Source: Anaeramoeba ignava BMAN (taxonomy: Eukaryota; Protista; Anaeramoebae). Taken from it: a stretch of 64,000 nucleotides of DNA. A program made the translations under genes and the position numbers. This document shows, piece after piece, positions 14,601 through 28,000 of the stretch (position 1 is the first letter of the stretch; the number at the start of each line of letters is the position of its first letter). A model generated the notes under the pieces. The model made no database searches, had not been told where the DNA came from, and saw only the letters and a program-made list of their open reading frames with translations. The stretch covers positions 310,001 to 374,000 of the forward strand of contig JAPDFW010000060.1 in the NCBI GenBank assembly GCA_028826165.1, read 5' to 3'.

Positions 14601-17600
14601 GAACTGCAGACCACTTTTGAGAATAGATTTAAATGTAAAAAAAAGAGAACGTTTGTTTATCATTAAAATATTTTTATGTTGAAGAAAAAAACTAAAATTA
14701 AAAAGTACTTTCTAGGAATTGTTTTTTTTTTTGAATAAATGAGAAAGAAATATGAATCAAGTTGGATTTATTTTTATATTTTTTTTTTTACATACTATTT
14801 TCAAAAACAAAAAGTAACAAAGATCAATAAATTTATTTCAAGCAAAAAAATGCAATGTTTGTTCATTTTTTTTTTACATTCTAATGAATAATATTTAGAA
14901 ATAATTTTATCATTCCAACTTCAAATTTAAATAATTTACATTTTGAATGTTTAAATTAATTCCGAAATCGATCAGTAATTTAATAATTTCGAAATTAATT
15001 GATTTATTTAGGCAAAAATAATGAAGTGGTGTTTCCTTTTTTAAAAGAAAAAAACATATATATTTGAATATTGAAAAAAATTACTCTAAATTTTAGGAAA
15101 AAAAAATTACTCCCTAAAACAAAATCAATTATTTATTTTTTAGAAATTTGATTTATAAATTATAAATTATAAATTTTTTACTTGCTTTTCCATTTCAAAA
15201 ATGAAAAATAAAAATCATTTGATTTGATTTTTTTTTAATTATTACTTTCTATTTTTTGTGTTTTTTGTTATTGTTTAAAAATATTTGGAAAGTGAATATT
15301 AAATAAATAAATACATCTTGTTTAGTTAATTGGGATTTTTTTTTTAATAATTTTTTCAAAATATCGAAATCAATTGTTTTTTGATTTGCAAAAAAATGAA
15401 GGACAGTTGGCTAATTAAGAAAAATGAAAGATGAGAATGTAAAGTTTTTTATAAAAACAAAAAAGTTGATTAAATTATTTACATATTTTGATTTTTTGGC
15501 TTCTTTTTTTAACAATTGGATATTCGTCTTTTGTGTTTCTATTAAATTTTCTATTGGAATAAATCAATAAATAATCGGAAAATTTTGAAATGATTTTTCT
15601 TTTTTGATGATTTACTTTTCCTTAATGTAAATTCCTTCTGAATTTCTATTTGTTTTGATTGTTTTTTTTTTAATTGATTAATTAATAAAAAATATTTTGG
15701 ATTAAAATGAATTGAAAAAAATTTTACCTTTTTTATCGAAACCCAAAACTTCTAAAGCTTGAATTCCTTTATTGTAAATTTCTTTATCCTCTGAAAAATT
15801 GAGCATTACTGAATTTATTATGTCAGATCCAAGATTGCCTTCAATTTGTTTTTTGTTTGCTTTTTTTTTTTGAGGGAAAATGTAATAATTTTTTGAATTT
15901 GAACTTGAATTTGAATTTAATTATTTACCTTTTTCTTTTCCAATATTAATAATAATTGAGAAAGATTGGAGTTGAAGAATTTTATTATTTGGAAACTGGA
16001 TCATTGTTGAGAAAATTAAATTAATTCCATTTAAATTTGGAAGATCAAATGAAATTGCTTTTTTTTTTTTTTGGATCATTTGAGAAAAAAAAGAACAAAT
16101 TTAAATTAAATTAAATTAAATTAAATTTTAAAAATGTATTTTCCAAATTACTCTTTTTTATATCAGTTAATTTTCTTAAAGCAAAACAACAAGCTTGTTG
16201 AATAAATTCATCTGATTTAAAATCCTTCATACTTTGGAAAATGAAAGAAATATCCATATCCATTAATTTCTTTTTTTTATCTATTTTTGTTTTAAATAGC
16301 AAATGAATTTTGGATTTGATTTTGGATTAAATTTTGAAATTTACTTTTGTCATTCTCTTCAATCGATTGATAAAGTTTTTTAAAGTAAATAGTTGCTTTC
16401 TTTTTTAATAAAGAATTTTGTTGTTCTTCTTTTTTTTCGGGAAATATATCCAGTTTATTTTGGTATTTATTTCGATGAGGTAAACTGTAAAAATTTTGTG
16501 CCAATTGGTTGTTTTGTTGAACAATTTTTTGATTAGTCTTTTTGTGTTTGAAAAATGAAAGAATTAATTTTCAAATCAAAATCAAAATCAAAAAGAAAAA
16601 GAAAATTTATTATTACCATTGTAGAATAGTCAAATTTGCTATTTTTATTTTGTTTGATAGGAATAACATCTTTTATTATTTTCGGTTTTTCTTTTTCATT
16701 TTTTTGATCTGATTCTTTTTCATTTTTTTGATCTGATTCTTTTGTTGAATCTGAATCTGAATCTGAATCTGAATCTGAATCTGATGTTGAATCTGAATCT
16801 GATGTTGAATCTGATGTTGATGTTGATGTTGAATCTGAATCTGATGTTGATGTTGAATCTGAATCTGAATCTGAATCTGAATCTGATGTTGATTTTGATT
16901 CTAAATATGTATCTGATTCTGTTTCTTTTTCTAATTCAGATTTAGATTTAGATTCTGATTCTGATTTAGATTTAAATTTTGAATTTAGATTTTGATTTAA
17001 GTTTTGATTTAATTTTGATTTTGATGATTTTGATTTGGATTTAGATTCTGATTTTGGTTTTGATCTTGAATCTAAATATGAATTTGAATCCAATTCTAAT
17101 TCTGTTTCTGTTTCTTTTCCAGATTTAGATTCTGATTTTGATTTTGATTTTGAATTTGATTTTGATTTTGATTTTGATTTTGATTTTGATTTTGATTTTG
17201 ATTCTAATTCTGATTTTGATTTTGGCTCTAAATTTGAATTTGAATATATTTCTACTTCTGATTCTGATTCTTTTGTTGATTCTGATTCTTTTGTTGATTC
17301 TGATTCTTTTGTTGATTCTGATTTTCTTTTGTTGATTCTAATTTTTTTGATTCTGATTCTTTTGTTGATTCTGATTTTGGATTTTGATTCTGATTCTTTT
17401 GTTGATTCTAATTCTTTTGTTGATTCTGATTTTGATTCTTTTGTTGATTCTGATTTTGATTTTGATTTTGATTTTGATTCTTTTGTTGATTCTAATTCTG
17501 ATTTTGATTCTGATTTTGATTCTAATTCTGATTCTGATTCTGATTTTGATTTTGATTCTTTTGTTGATTCTAATTCTGATTTTGATTTTGATTTTGATTC

Positions 17601-20040
17601 TTTTGTTGATTCTAATTCTGATTTTGATTTTGATTTGGATTTGGATTTGGATTTTGATTTTGATTTTGATTCTGATTCTGGCTCTGATTTTGATTCTTTT
17701 GTTGATTCTGATTTTGATTTAGATTTTGATTCTGATTCTTTTGTTGATTCTGATTCTTTTGTTGATTCTGATTTTGATTTTGATTTAGATTTAGATTTTG
17801 ATTCTTTTGTTGATTCTGAATCTGATTTAGATTTTGAGTTTAAATTTGCATTTAATTTTAATTCTGATTCTGATTCTGATTCTGATTCTGATTTTGATTT
17901 AGATTTAGATTTTGATTTTGATTTTGATTTAGATTTTGATTTTAATTGTGATTCTGATTCTGATTCTGATTCTGATTTGATTAATGAAGTTAGATTTGAT
18001 CTTAGTTCAGATTTTGGATCTAAATATGTTTTTAATTTTGATTTTAATTTTGATTTTAATTTTGATTTTTGTTTGGGTTTTATTTTGGATTGTTTTGAAT
18101 CTAGATATGAATCTTTTTTAATTTCTTTTTCTTTTTCTTTTGTTTTGGTTTTTTGAATTTTTCTTAATTTTGATTTTAGTTTTGATCTTGATCTTGGTTT
18201 CGGTTTTGATTGTAATTTTGGTTTTAATTTTGGTTGGGATTTTGATCTTGATTTTAATTCTGGTTTTAATTCTGGTTTTGATTTTAGTTTTGGTTTTGAT
18301 TTTGATCTTCCTTCTGATTTTAATTTTGATTTTGGTTGTTTTGATTTTAATTCTGATTTTTTTCTTGATTTTAATTCTGATTTTTTTTTTGATTTTGATT
18401 TTGGTTTTGGTTTTGGTTTTAATTTTGATTTTAATTTTGATTTTAATTTTGTTTTTGATTTTAATTTTGATTTTAATTTTGATTTTAATTTTGATTTTGT
18501 TTTTGATTTTGTTTTTGATTCTGATTTTAATTTAGATTCTGGTTTTGCTTTTGATTCTTTATCTAATTCTGATTGATTTATTTGTAATTTCTCGTTAAAA
18601 GGATTATCTTTAGCTTGTTCAATGTTCAATTGATTTGGAATTTGATTTGGAATTTGATTTGGAATTTGATTTGGAATTTGATTTGGAATTTGATTTGGAA
18701 TTTGATTCATAAATTGATTTGGAATTTGATTTGGAATTTGATTTTGGATTTGATTCATAAATTGATTTGGGATTTGATTCATAAATTGGTTCATAAATTG
18801 ATTCATGAATTGATTCTCTAAGTAATTTTAATTTTAATTTTAATTTTAATTTTAATTTTAATTTTATAAATGAATTTTATAAATGAATTTGAATTTTATA
18901 AATGAATTTTGATTTTGATTTTAATTTTAATTCTGAAAATTATTTACTTTGATTTTTCATATTATTTAAGTTTTCAATAAATTCATCCAATGAACATCTT
19001 TCTTTTGGAATTTTATTCCATCCCTTTTTAATTACTTCTGTTAATTGCTTTGGGAAATCATCTGGAAATTCGGGTCTTTCATCATTCATCAATTGCCTAA
19101 CAATCACCATTGGATTTTCATTTTCAAAAACTTTTTTCATTGAAAAAATTTCAAATAAAATGATCGATAAACTGAAAATATCACAAGAAATATCATAAGC
19201 ATTTCCTTGATTCAAAAGTTCTGGAGCTGAATAACCAAATGAAAATGAAACTGTTGTATTTTTCATTGTATGTTGTAAAAGTCTTGAAATTCCAAAATCA
19301 GTAATTTTAGGTTGATTATATGAAATCAAAATGTTTTCAGGTTTTAAATCACGATGAATAATTAAATTTTTATGAAGATAATTAATTCCCGAAACAATTT
19401 GTAATGAGAATTCAATTTTCTCATCATATGTTAAACTTGGGATTTTTTGTGATAAATTTCCTTGTTCTGCATATTCCATTAAAATTCCCAAAGTATTATC
19501 AAATTCGACCATTCCATAAACTCGAATAATATTTGGATGATTTAATTGAACAGCTAAAGTAAGTTCATTTTGAAATTGTTGTTTTAATTTTGGATCGTTT
19601 TGTATTCTCAATTTCTTCAGAACAACCTCATTAATTCCCCATTTTGCTTTATAAATATCAGCTGATCCACCATAAGCAAAAGGTTGGTTTTCAATATTAA
19701 GTTGAGATAAAGGAATAATTGGAGCATTTGGAATATTTGGATTATTTTGAATATTTCCATTATTTTGAATATTTTCATTATTTCCATTATTTCCATTATT
19801 TCCATTATTTTCATTATTTTGAACTGGCAAATTTTTTTGCATTTCTTCAATAACTTCTAATAAACCCCGATTTTGAATAACTTTGAAATTTTCTAAAGTT
19901 GTTCTGCAAAATGGACATTCTTCCATGTTTTTTAAACAATGTTCACAAATTGAATGTCCTGATTCACATACAATCATTGGTTTTCTTTGTTCTGAATAAT
20001 CTTCAAAACAAATTGGACAAGAATATGCTTTTAATTCCAT
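11609..20040 (-). CDS. Gene A: RING-HC + TKL-like protein kinase + low-complexity linker + ARM-like repeats + 6 ankyrin repeats with microexon-encoded loops
   Basis: Exons: 20040-18948 ([13 protein letters not shown]...CPFC RING; [16 protein letters not shown] kinase), 18817-16617 (S/K/E low complexity), 16537-16345, 16280-16152, 16057-15929, 15859-15728 (ARM-like: [64 protein letters not shown]), 15645-15616, 15550-15483. Ankyrin exons: 15410-15315 (PTVLHFFA), 15035-14940 (ETPLHYFC), 14613-14518 (WSAVHYLC), 13300-13205 (YTPLHDLC), 12534-12439 (WSPLHYLF), 11794-11609 (FSPLHFLC...stop). All introns are GT-AG and the phases join without stops. Confidence 0.85.
11858..15248 (-). other. Gene A single-codon (3-nt) microexon arrays, 34 microexons in 5 arrays
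   Basis: Plus-strand motif (T)AC-NNN-CT = minus-strand AG|NNN|GT. In transcript order, by lowest coordinate: K15246 Q15182 G15111; N14878 Y14792 K14709; R14442 R14343 R14261 W14173 N14094 K13916 N13842 D13772 K13708 N13621 Y13542 Y13456 D13387; K13112 L13018 K12950 N12870 E12818 L12758 E12688 L12616; I12368 N12287 D12220 K12124 K12048 K11933 G11858. Confidence 0.85.
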
Positions 20041-20119
20041 TTGTTTAAAAATAAAATTATAAAGGAAAAAAAAATGAAAAAAAAAAAGGAAAAAGAAAAA
20101 AAAAAAGGAAAAAATGAAA

Positions 20120-21640
20120 AAGTTCCCAAAATTATTTCTTAATTAATTTTATTGTAAAATAATAAATAAATTATAATTAAAAATTAAGTAAAAAAATAAA
20201 TAAAATATTTTAATCATTTTATTTATTTATTTTTAATAATAATAATTTAATATTAATAATAAATCCTTTTTTAAAATTATTTCTTAATTAATTTTATTGC
20301 AAAATAATAAATAAATTATAATTAAAAATTAAAAAAAAATAAAATTTTATTTTCAAATTTATTTATTTATTTTTAATAATAATAATTTAATATTAATAAT
20401 AAATTCTTTTTTAAAATTATTTCTTAATTAATTTTATTGCAAAATAATAAATAAATTATAATTAAAAATTAAATAAAAATAAATAAAATATTTTAATCAA
20501 TTTATTTAATTATTTTTAATAATAATAATTTAATATTAATAATAAATTCTTTTTAAATTTATTTTTGATTAATTTTATTGCAAAATAATAAATTAATTAT
20601 AATTAAAAATTAAGTAAAATTTTATTCAATTTTTGTTTCAAATTTATTTAATTATTTTTAATAATAATAATTTAATATTAATAATAAATACTTTTTAAAA
20701 TTATTTCTTAATTAATTTTATTGTAAAATAATAAATAAATTATAATTAAAAATTAAATAAAAATAAATAAAAAAATTTAATAAATAAAATATTTTAATCT
20801 TTTTAAAATTATTTCTTAATTAATTTTATTGCAAAATAATAAATTAATTATAATAAAAATTAAGTAAAAATTTTATCTAATTTTTGTTTCAAAATTTAAT
20901 TATTTTTAATAATAATTTAATAATAAATACTTTTTAAAATTACTTAAAAAAATAATAAATAAATTATAATTAAAAATTAAATAAAAAAATAAATAAAATA
21001 TTTTAATCAATTTATTTCATTATTTTTAATAATAATAATTTAATATTAATAATAAATTCTTTTTAAAATTATTTCTTAATTAAATTTATTGCAAAATATT
21101 AAATAAATTATAATTAAAAATTAAGTAAAATTTTAATAAATTTTGTTTCAAATTTATTTCATTATTTTTAATAATAATAATTTAATAATAATAATAAATT
21201 CTTTTTAAAATTATTTCTTAATTAAATTTATTGCAAAATAATAAATTAATTATAATCAAAAATTAAATAAAAAAATAAATAAAATATTTTAATCAATTTA
21301 TTTAATTATTTTTAATAATAATAATTTAATATTAATAATAAATTCTTTTTTAAAATTATTTCTTAATTAATTTTATTACAAAATAATAAATAAATTATAA
21401 TTAAAAATTAAATAAAAATTTTATCTAATTTTTGTTTCAAATTTATTTAATTATTTTTAATAATAATAATTTAATATTAATAATAAATTCTTTTTAAAAT
21501 CATTTCTTAATTAATTTTATTGCAAAATAATAAATAAATTATTATTAAAAATTAAATAAAATTTTATTCAATTTTTGTTTCAAATTTATTTCTTTATTTT
21601 TAATAATAATAATTTAATATTAATAATAAATTCTTTTTTA
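20120..21640. repeat. AT-rich ~115-125 bp tandem satellite upstream of gene A
   Basis: About 12 degenerate copies of TTTTAAAATTATTTCTTAATTAATTTTATTGCAAAATAATAAATAAATTATAATTAAAAATTAA...AATAATAATAATTTAATATTAATAATAAATTC. Confidence 0.9.
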
Positions 21641-21739
21641 AAATTCAGAAATAATTCAATCCAAAAATTAAGTAAAATAATTTTGTGTTTTTGAATTTCG
21701 AAATTTTTTTATTCTTTTTTGAATTTGAAGAAAAAGAAA

Positions 21740-21965
21740 AAGAATTGAATTTGAATTTCAAATTGAATTAGTTTGAATTAATTTGAATTTGAATTTGAAT
21801 TTGAATTTGAATTTGAATTTGAATTAGAATTGAATTTGAATTAGTTTGAATTTGAATTTGAATTTGAATTTGAGTTTGATTTGATTTTGAAATTGAATTT
21901 GATTTGATTTGAATTTGATTTGAATTTGAATTTGAATTTGATTTTGATTTTGAATTTGATTTATA
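21740..21965. repeat. (TTTGAA/TTTGAT)n microsatellite downstream of gene B
   Basis: Directly visible hexamer repeat. Confidence 0.85.
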
Positions 21966-22045
21966 TTTTCAATCCAAAATTCAAAAGAAAAAAAATAATC
22001 AAATTGTAATGTGTCAAAAAAAATGAAAAATCATTTGTTTTGTTT

Positions 22046-25000
22046 TTAAATCAGTTTTTGAAGATGATTAGGAAGAAAATCTTTTGGTGTTGTACCATAA
22101 GAACTTTTTATAGAAAAATCAGCATTGGTTCCTTTCAATAATTTAATCATTTCTTCTGATAATAATGGATTTTGACAAAGATAATGCAATACAGTTGCCT
22201 AAAAAACAAATATTTTTTTAAGATTTTTTTTAAGATTATTTTTTTGGATTAAATTTACTCCCTATTTAATTTTTAAATGATATATTTAATTCATTTGTTA
22301 TTTGGAAATAAATTTTATCTTATTATTTACAGGCTAATTAATTGAATTTAATAATAAAAAGTAAATCAAAATTTAATTTTTTAAATCAATTTACTTGCTA
22401 TTTAATCAATTATCCATTTTTTTATTTGGAAATCAAAAATGAATTTAATTAATTTGTTCTAAAAAAAAAGAATTAAATAAATTTATCATTTACTCCCTTT
22501 TATTTTTGGAAAAATTTTCAAATTAAAATGTTTGGAATCATTTAAAAAAAATTTTAAATAAATTTTTTACTTGCTATTAAGGAATTATTTTAAGAAGAAA
22601 AAAAGAAAAATTTAAAAATATCAAATTATTTTTGCATTTATTTACTTCCTATTTATTAAATTTTAATTTAAAGTTAGAATTTAGTTAAAATTTGAATTTA
22701 TTTTTATTTAGGAAATATTATTTATTTACATCCTATTTAGAATTTAAATTTAAAATTTAGAATTTAAATGAAAATTAAACTTGAATTTTAAAAAATTTTT
22801 TTTTTGATTAATATAAGATTTATTTACAATCTATTTAATAATTTTCAATCCAAATAAAAAATTTTAATAATTATCAAAGAAAAAAATTAAATAGATTTTT
22901 ACAATTTGTAAATTGAAATTTGATCCACCTTTAATCAAAATATCAATCATTTCTGTTGTAATTAGGTTGCTCAAGGATAGAAAATGAAGTGGAGAGTACT
23001 AAAAAAAATAGGAAGAAAATTAGTTAAATTATTGATTTTGATTTTGATTTTGAATTCATTTACTCCCTAAATTTTTTATTAAATTAAATTAAATTAAATT
23101 AAATTAATTTTATTTTATTACTCTCTGTTTATTCAATTAAAATATTATTTTTATTTTTAAATAATTGTTCAAAATTAAAAAATAATTTAAAATTTACAAA
23201 CTATTTTATTTAAAATTTAAGTAAGAAAAATATTTTATCATTAATTTTTATTAATTTGATTTACATACTAATTTTATTTCAATTTAATTTTTAATCTCAA
23301 AAAATATTTTTTTTGTTAAATTTTAATTAAAAATTTAAATGATTACTGCCTGATTATTTATAAAGAAAAAATATTTATATTAATTATTAAATCAAAAAAA
23401 AAGATTATTTACATCCTAAATTCATTAATAAAATTTAAGTTTAGTTGAATTTTTCTTTTAAACATTTCTAATTTTACTCCCTATTTGTTAAAATATTCCA
23501 TTAAATAAAAGGAAATCATTTCAAAAAAATTTTTTATCATTTCTAATTTACTTTCTGTTTCATAAAAATTAATAAGAAAAATGTTTATGATTAATTTCAA
23601 ATTTATTTTTGTTTTTATCTATTAATTATTTTACAATCTATTTATTATTATTTTTTTCAAAAAAAAAAAAGCAAAATTGAAAATTGAAAAAGAATTTAAT
23701 AACAAAAATATAAAAAAATCTTAAGATGAATAATTTACTTTCTATTTGATTTACATAAAAATTAAATCAAAAATTAATCTAATTTTAAAAAATTTATTAT
23801 AAATTTTTACCCATTGAATATGAAAATTAGCTCCATTATTAATTAATAATTCAACAATCTCTTTTGTAATTGAAGGATTATTACATAAATCATGCAAAGG
23901 TGTATGCTTTTTTATATGTAAAATAACAATAATAAAATCATTTTAATATTGAATAATTTAAAAAAAAAAATATTTTTCTATCGTTTTATTTTACATCCTT
24001 TTGTTTGTTTATTTTTTGGAATAATTAATTAATTCAAAATTTTTATCAATAAAAAAATGATTGATTTTATATTTTTTTTACAAACTAATTTTAAATTTTA
24101 TTATTTTTTTATAGGGAAATTATAATCAATTTAATAAGTAATTTTTGATTTTTTTTTTTGAATTATTTACATGCTATTTTATAAACACAAAAAAAATCAT
24201 TTCAAAAACAAATTAATAATTAAAATAAAAGAAGAAAGAATAAATTTAAATGATTTACATTCTATTTTTATTATTTTTATTATTTTTATTTAAAAAATAA
24301 ACACAATTTATTTGATAATAATAATAATTATTATTATTTTTACAGCCTATTTTTTTTTGGATTGGAAAATAAAAAGGATTAAAATTCTGAAAAAATATTT
24401 ACTTGCTAATATATTTAATTATATTTTAATATTATTAGAGAAAAAAAATATGTTTTTCCCTTTTTAAATAGTTTACTTGCTAAAATTATTTTGTTTTTCA
24501 ATGATATGTTTATTATTTCTCAAAAAAATTTAAGAGATAAAAATTTACTCCACTTAAATTCCAATTAACTCCACGTTGAACTAATGCATAAATCATTTCA
24601 AATGTAATTGATGGGTTTCTACACAAGTAATGAATAGGAGACATCTTTTAGAAATGTATGAGAAATGTTAAATTAATAAATATTATTGAAAAATTATGTG
24701 AATCTTAAGAAAAAAAGAAGAAGAAGAAAATGAATTACTTGCTAAAAATGAGTTTTGAGAAAAAGAAATTCAAATTCAATTCTTTTTGGATTTAAAAATA
24801 GTTAAATTTTTACAAACTATTTCCCATATAAAAAAAAGGGAATGAAAACAAAAATTAATTTTTTTTATCTTGAAATGATATTTTTTTACAGTCTATTTGG
24901 GAAATAATTTTGAAAAATTTTATCAAAAACTTGATTTCAAAAGAAAAGTTTAAATTAAATATTTATTTATTTACATTTTGAGAATTAAAACTATATCCTT

Positions 25001-28000
25001 TTTCCCTGAAGAATTCAATAATCTCTGTTGTTATTGATGGATTTTTAAAAAGATAATGCATTGGTGTATCCTTTTTTTTGTTTTATTTTAAATTTAGTTT
25101 CGATTTTTATTTTTATTATTATGATATTTTTTTACTTCCTTTTTTTTTTAAGAATTTTTTTTAAGATTTTAAGGAGCAAAAAAAAAACAAATTTTATTTT
25201 TACATCCTTTTTTTTTGGAATTCCAGAAAATAATAAATAAATTTTGTTAATTCAAATTAATAAGATTACTTTCTATTCAATTATTCATAAATAAAATTAA
25301 AAATGAAATTAAAAATAAAATTAAAAATAAATTTACTTCTTTAGAATAAAAATCGGTTCTATAATGTGCCACTAATTTAATGATTTCCAAATTTATTGAT
25401 GGATTTTGGCATAAATAATGTAATGGTGTTAACTTTGATTTTTTGATTAATTTAATTGAAAAGAATTTGGGATAAATAATTTAATTTTCATTTTATTATT
25501 TTTTTACTTCCTATTTCAATCATTTTAAAAATGAATAAATTTTTGATTCAATTCAATTTAGAAATCCTTTGTTATTTTTACATCCTTTTTATTTCAATTT
25601 TAAATAATTTTAATTTTTTAAATAATTTTTTTTTATGTGGTTTATTTTTTACTTCCTAAAATTTTCAATTTCGTTTTAAAAAAACAAAAAAAATGAATAT
25701 TTTTATAATCAATAACAAAAAAATCAAATTCAAAATTTACTCCTTTTAAATTAAAATTAGCTCTATAATCAAACATTAATATTATTATCCTCAAATTAAT
25801 TGATTCATTTTGGCATAAATAATGAATTGGTGTATTCTTTTTAAATATTTGAAGAAGAAGAAAAACAAAATTAATTTTAATTTTAAAATTAAAATATGAA
25901 TTACTTTCTAAAAAATAATATAAATTAATTCAAATAAATTTAAATAAATATTTTAGATAAAAGTGTTTTTTGTACAGCTGCGGTTTTTTGGAATATAGTC
26001 TACAAAATAAAAAGAAAGATTAAAATAAGTTGAAATTTTTAGATTAGATCAAAGATTTGTTTTTTGATTTAGAATTACTTTCTAGATTTTTATAATTTTA
26101 ATATTTTTTTTTTAAAAAAAGGAATTAAAATTTAATAAGAAAAAAATGTTTTGTTTTAGATATTTGAATAAAATAATTTATACATCTCGTTTAGTGACTT
26201 CTGATTTTTTTTTCAAAAAAATTTGTAAAATTCCAAAATCAATTTCTTCGTTCTTTTTTGCATAGAAATGAAATAAAGATTCCTAAATTTTTTAATCAGA
26301 AAAAAAACAAACATTTTTGAAATGTTGATTAAATGAATTTTCTTCTCAATTGTTTTTTTTTAAAATTTTATTTGGAAGAAAAAAAGTTTACCTGTGACCA
26401 AACATTGAAAAACTATTTTAAAACAAAATAAAAATAAATAAATTAATAAATAAATGAATAAATAAATGAATAAAATAAATAAATAAATAAATGAATGAAT
26501 TCTTGTTAAAAATATGTGATTTACATATTTTTTTTTATTAAATTCTTCTTGTAATGCTTTTAATTTTTTTTGATCTAGTTTTTCTACATGACCTAATAAA
26601 AATAATTTCATAATTTTTCAAATTAAAATTTTTTCTTTTTGATTTTGGAAAAATGAAACAATATTTTTACTTTTCTTTAAATTAAAGTTTCGAGTAATAT
26701 CTATTTTGTTTTTCAAATAATTAGATTAAAATAAAAGAAAGGAAAATTAATTAATGAATTATTAAAATGAAAAAAGGAAAAAGATTGGATTATCTATTTT
26801 GTTTTGTTTTGTTTTGTTTTTTATTGAAAAATATAAATTTACAATTTTGACCAAATTCTAAACGTGTTAAAGCTTCAGTTCCTGTATAAAAAATCTTATT
26901 ATCTTCTGGAAAATTAGCCATTGTTGAAAATATTGTATCATCTCCAGAATATTGTTTAATTTGGCTTCGATTTACTTTGGTTTTTGATTAATTAATTTTT
27001 TTGATTAATTAATTTTTTTGATTGATTAATTTTTTTGATTAATTAATTTTTTTGATTGATTAAAATGAAATTTACGACTTGATTTTCCCATTTGAAAAAG
27101 AATTAGTAAAGATTGAAGTTGAAGAAATTTTTTGAATGGAAAATTATTCATTGCTTTGATAATTAAATCAAATCCATTAAAATCTGGAAAATTAAATGAA
27201 ATTCCTTTTTTTTTTTGGAAAGAAAAATTAATAGAGTTTTGAAAATTAAAATTAATTTAACAATTTTTACTTGTTTCTGCTTCAGTGAATTTTCTTAGAG
27301 CCATACAACAACTTTCTTGAATAAATTCATCTATTGGAAAGGCATTCATAGATTGAAAAATAAAATTAATATCAATTTCTTCTAATTTTTCTGAGGTATC
27401 TTTTTATTAAAAAATGGAATAAATTGGATTAATTCATTTTACACATTTTTTCATTTGATTTAAACAATATGAATAAATATTTACTTTGATCATGTTTGCG
27501 AATTGAATCTCGAAGTTTTTGGAAATAGGGTTTAAGTTCTTTTAATGCATTTTTTTTTGCTTCTTCAGATTTTTTTTTTTCTTTTTGGATTTCCAAAGTT
27601 CGTACTTTTGCTATTACTTCATCAAGTATTTTTTGTGCAGTCTAATTGTTTTGTATTATTTTTTTTTTGTTGAAATGGAAATGATTGAAAATTTAATCTT
27701 TTTTTTTTTTATATTTCTTAAATATCAATGTTTTACCTTCAAATCAACTTCTGATTCTGATTCTGATTCTGGTTCTGATTCTGATTCTGATTCTGATTCT
27801 GATTCTGGTTTAATTTCATTTGATTTGTTTTGTTTTGAATCTTGTTCATTTGAAGGATTTGATCTGTTTTGGTTTTGGTTTTGGTTTTGATTCTGATTCT
27901 GGTTCTGGTAGGATTAATTTTGTTTCGATTTCATTCATCTCCTTTTTAACGATATTGTCTATATAATTGATTTGTTCATTTGAATTTTGTTCATTTGAAT

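Noticed and set aside
11858-15248. Recurring TTTAC-NNN-CTA motif read as a CRISPR-like repeat, a protein-binding site array or recursive-splicing ratchet points
   Set aside because: The conserved part is only the splice dinucleotides plus context. Ratchet points have 0 nt between AG and GT. The 3-nt cores never encode stops and complete canonical ankyrin loops, which fits coding microexons.
16742-18821. Plus-strand ORFs (DFDSDS.., ILIL.., IWNL..) overlapping gene A
   Set aside because: Antisense shadows of hexamer coding repeats.
18940-20040. RING-kinase ORFs as complete single-exon genes (also 28641-29660 and 53045-54127)
   Set aside because: Each has an in-frame splice donor before the stop leading to downstream exons. 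Kept only as a possible intron-retention isoform.
20120-21640. Satellite considered as a CRISPR array
   Set aside because: The whole ~120-bp unit is repeated with no unique spacers, the context is eukaryotic, and there are no cas genes.
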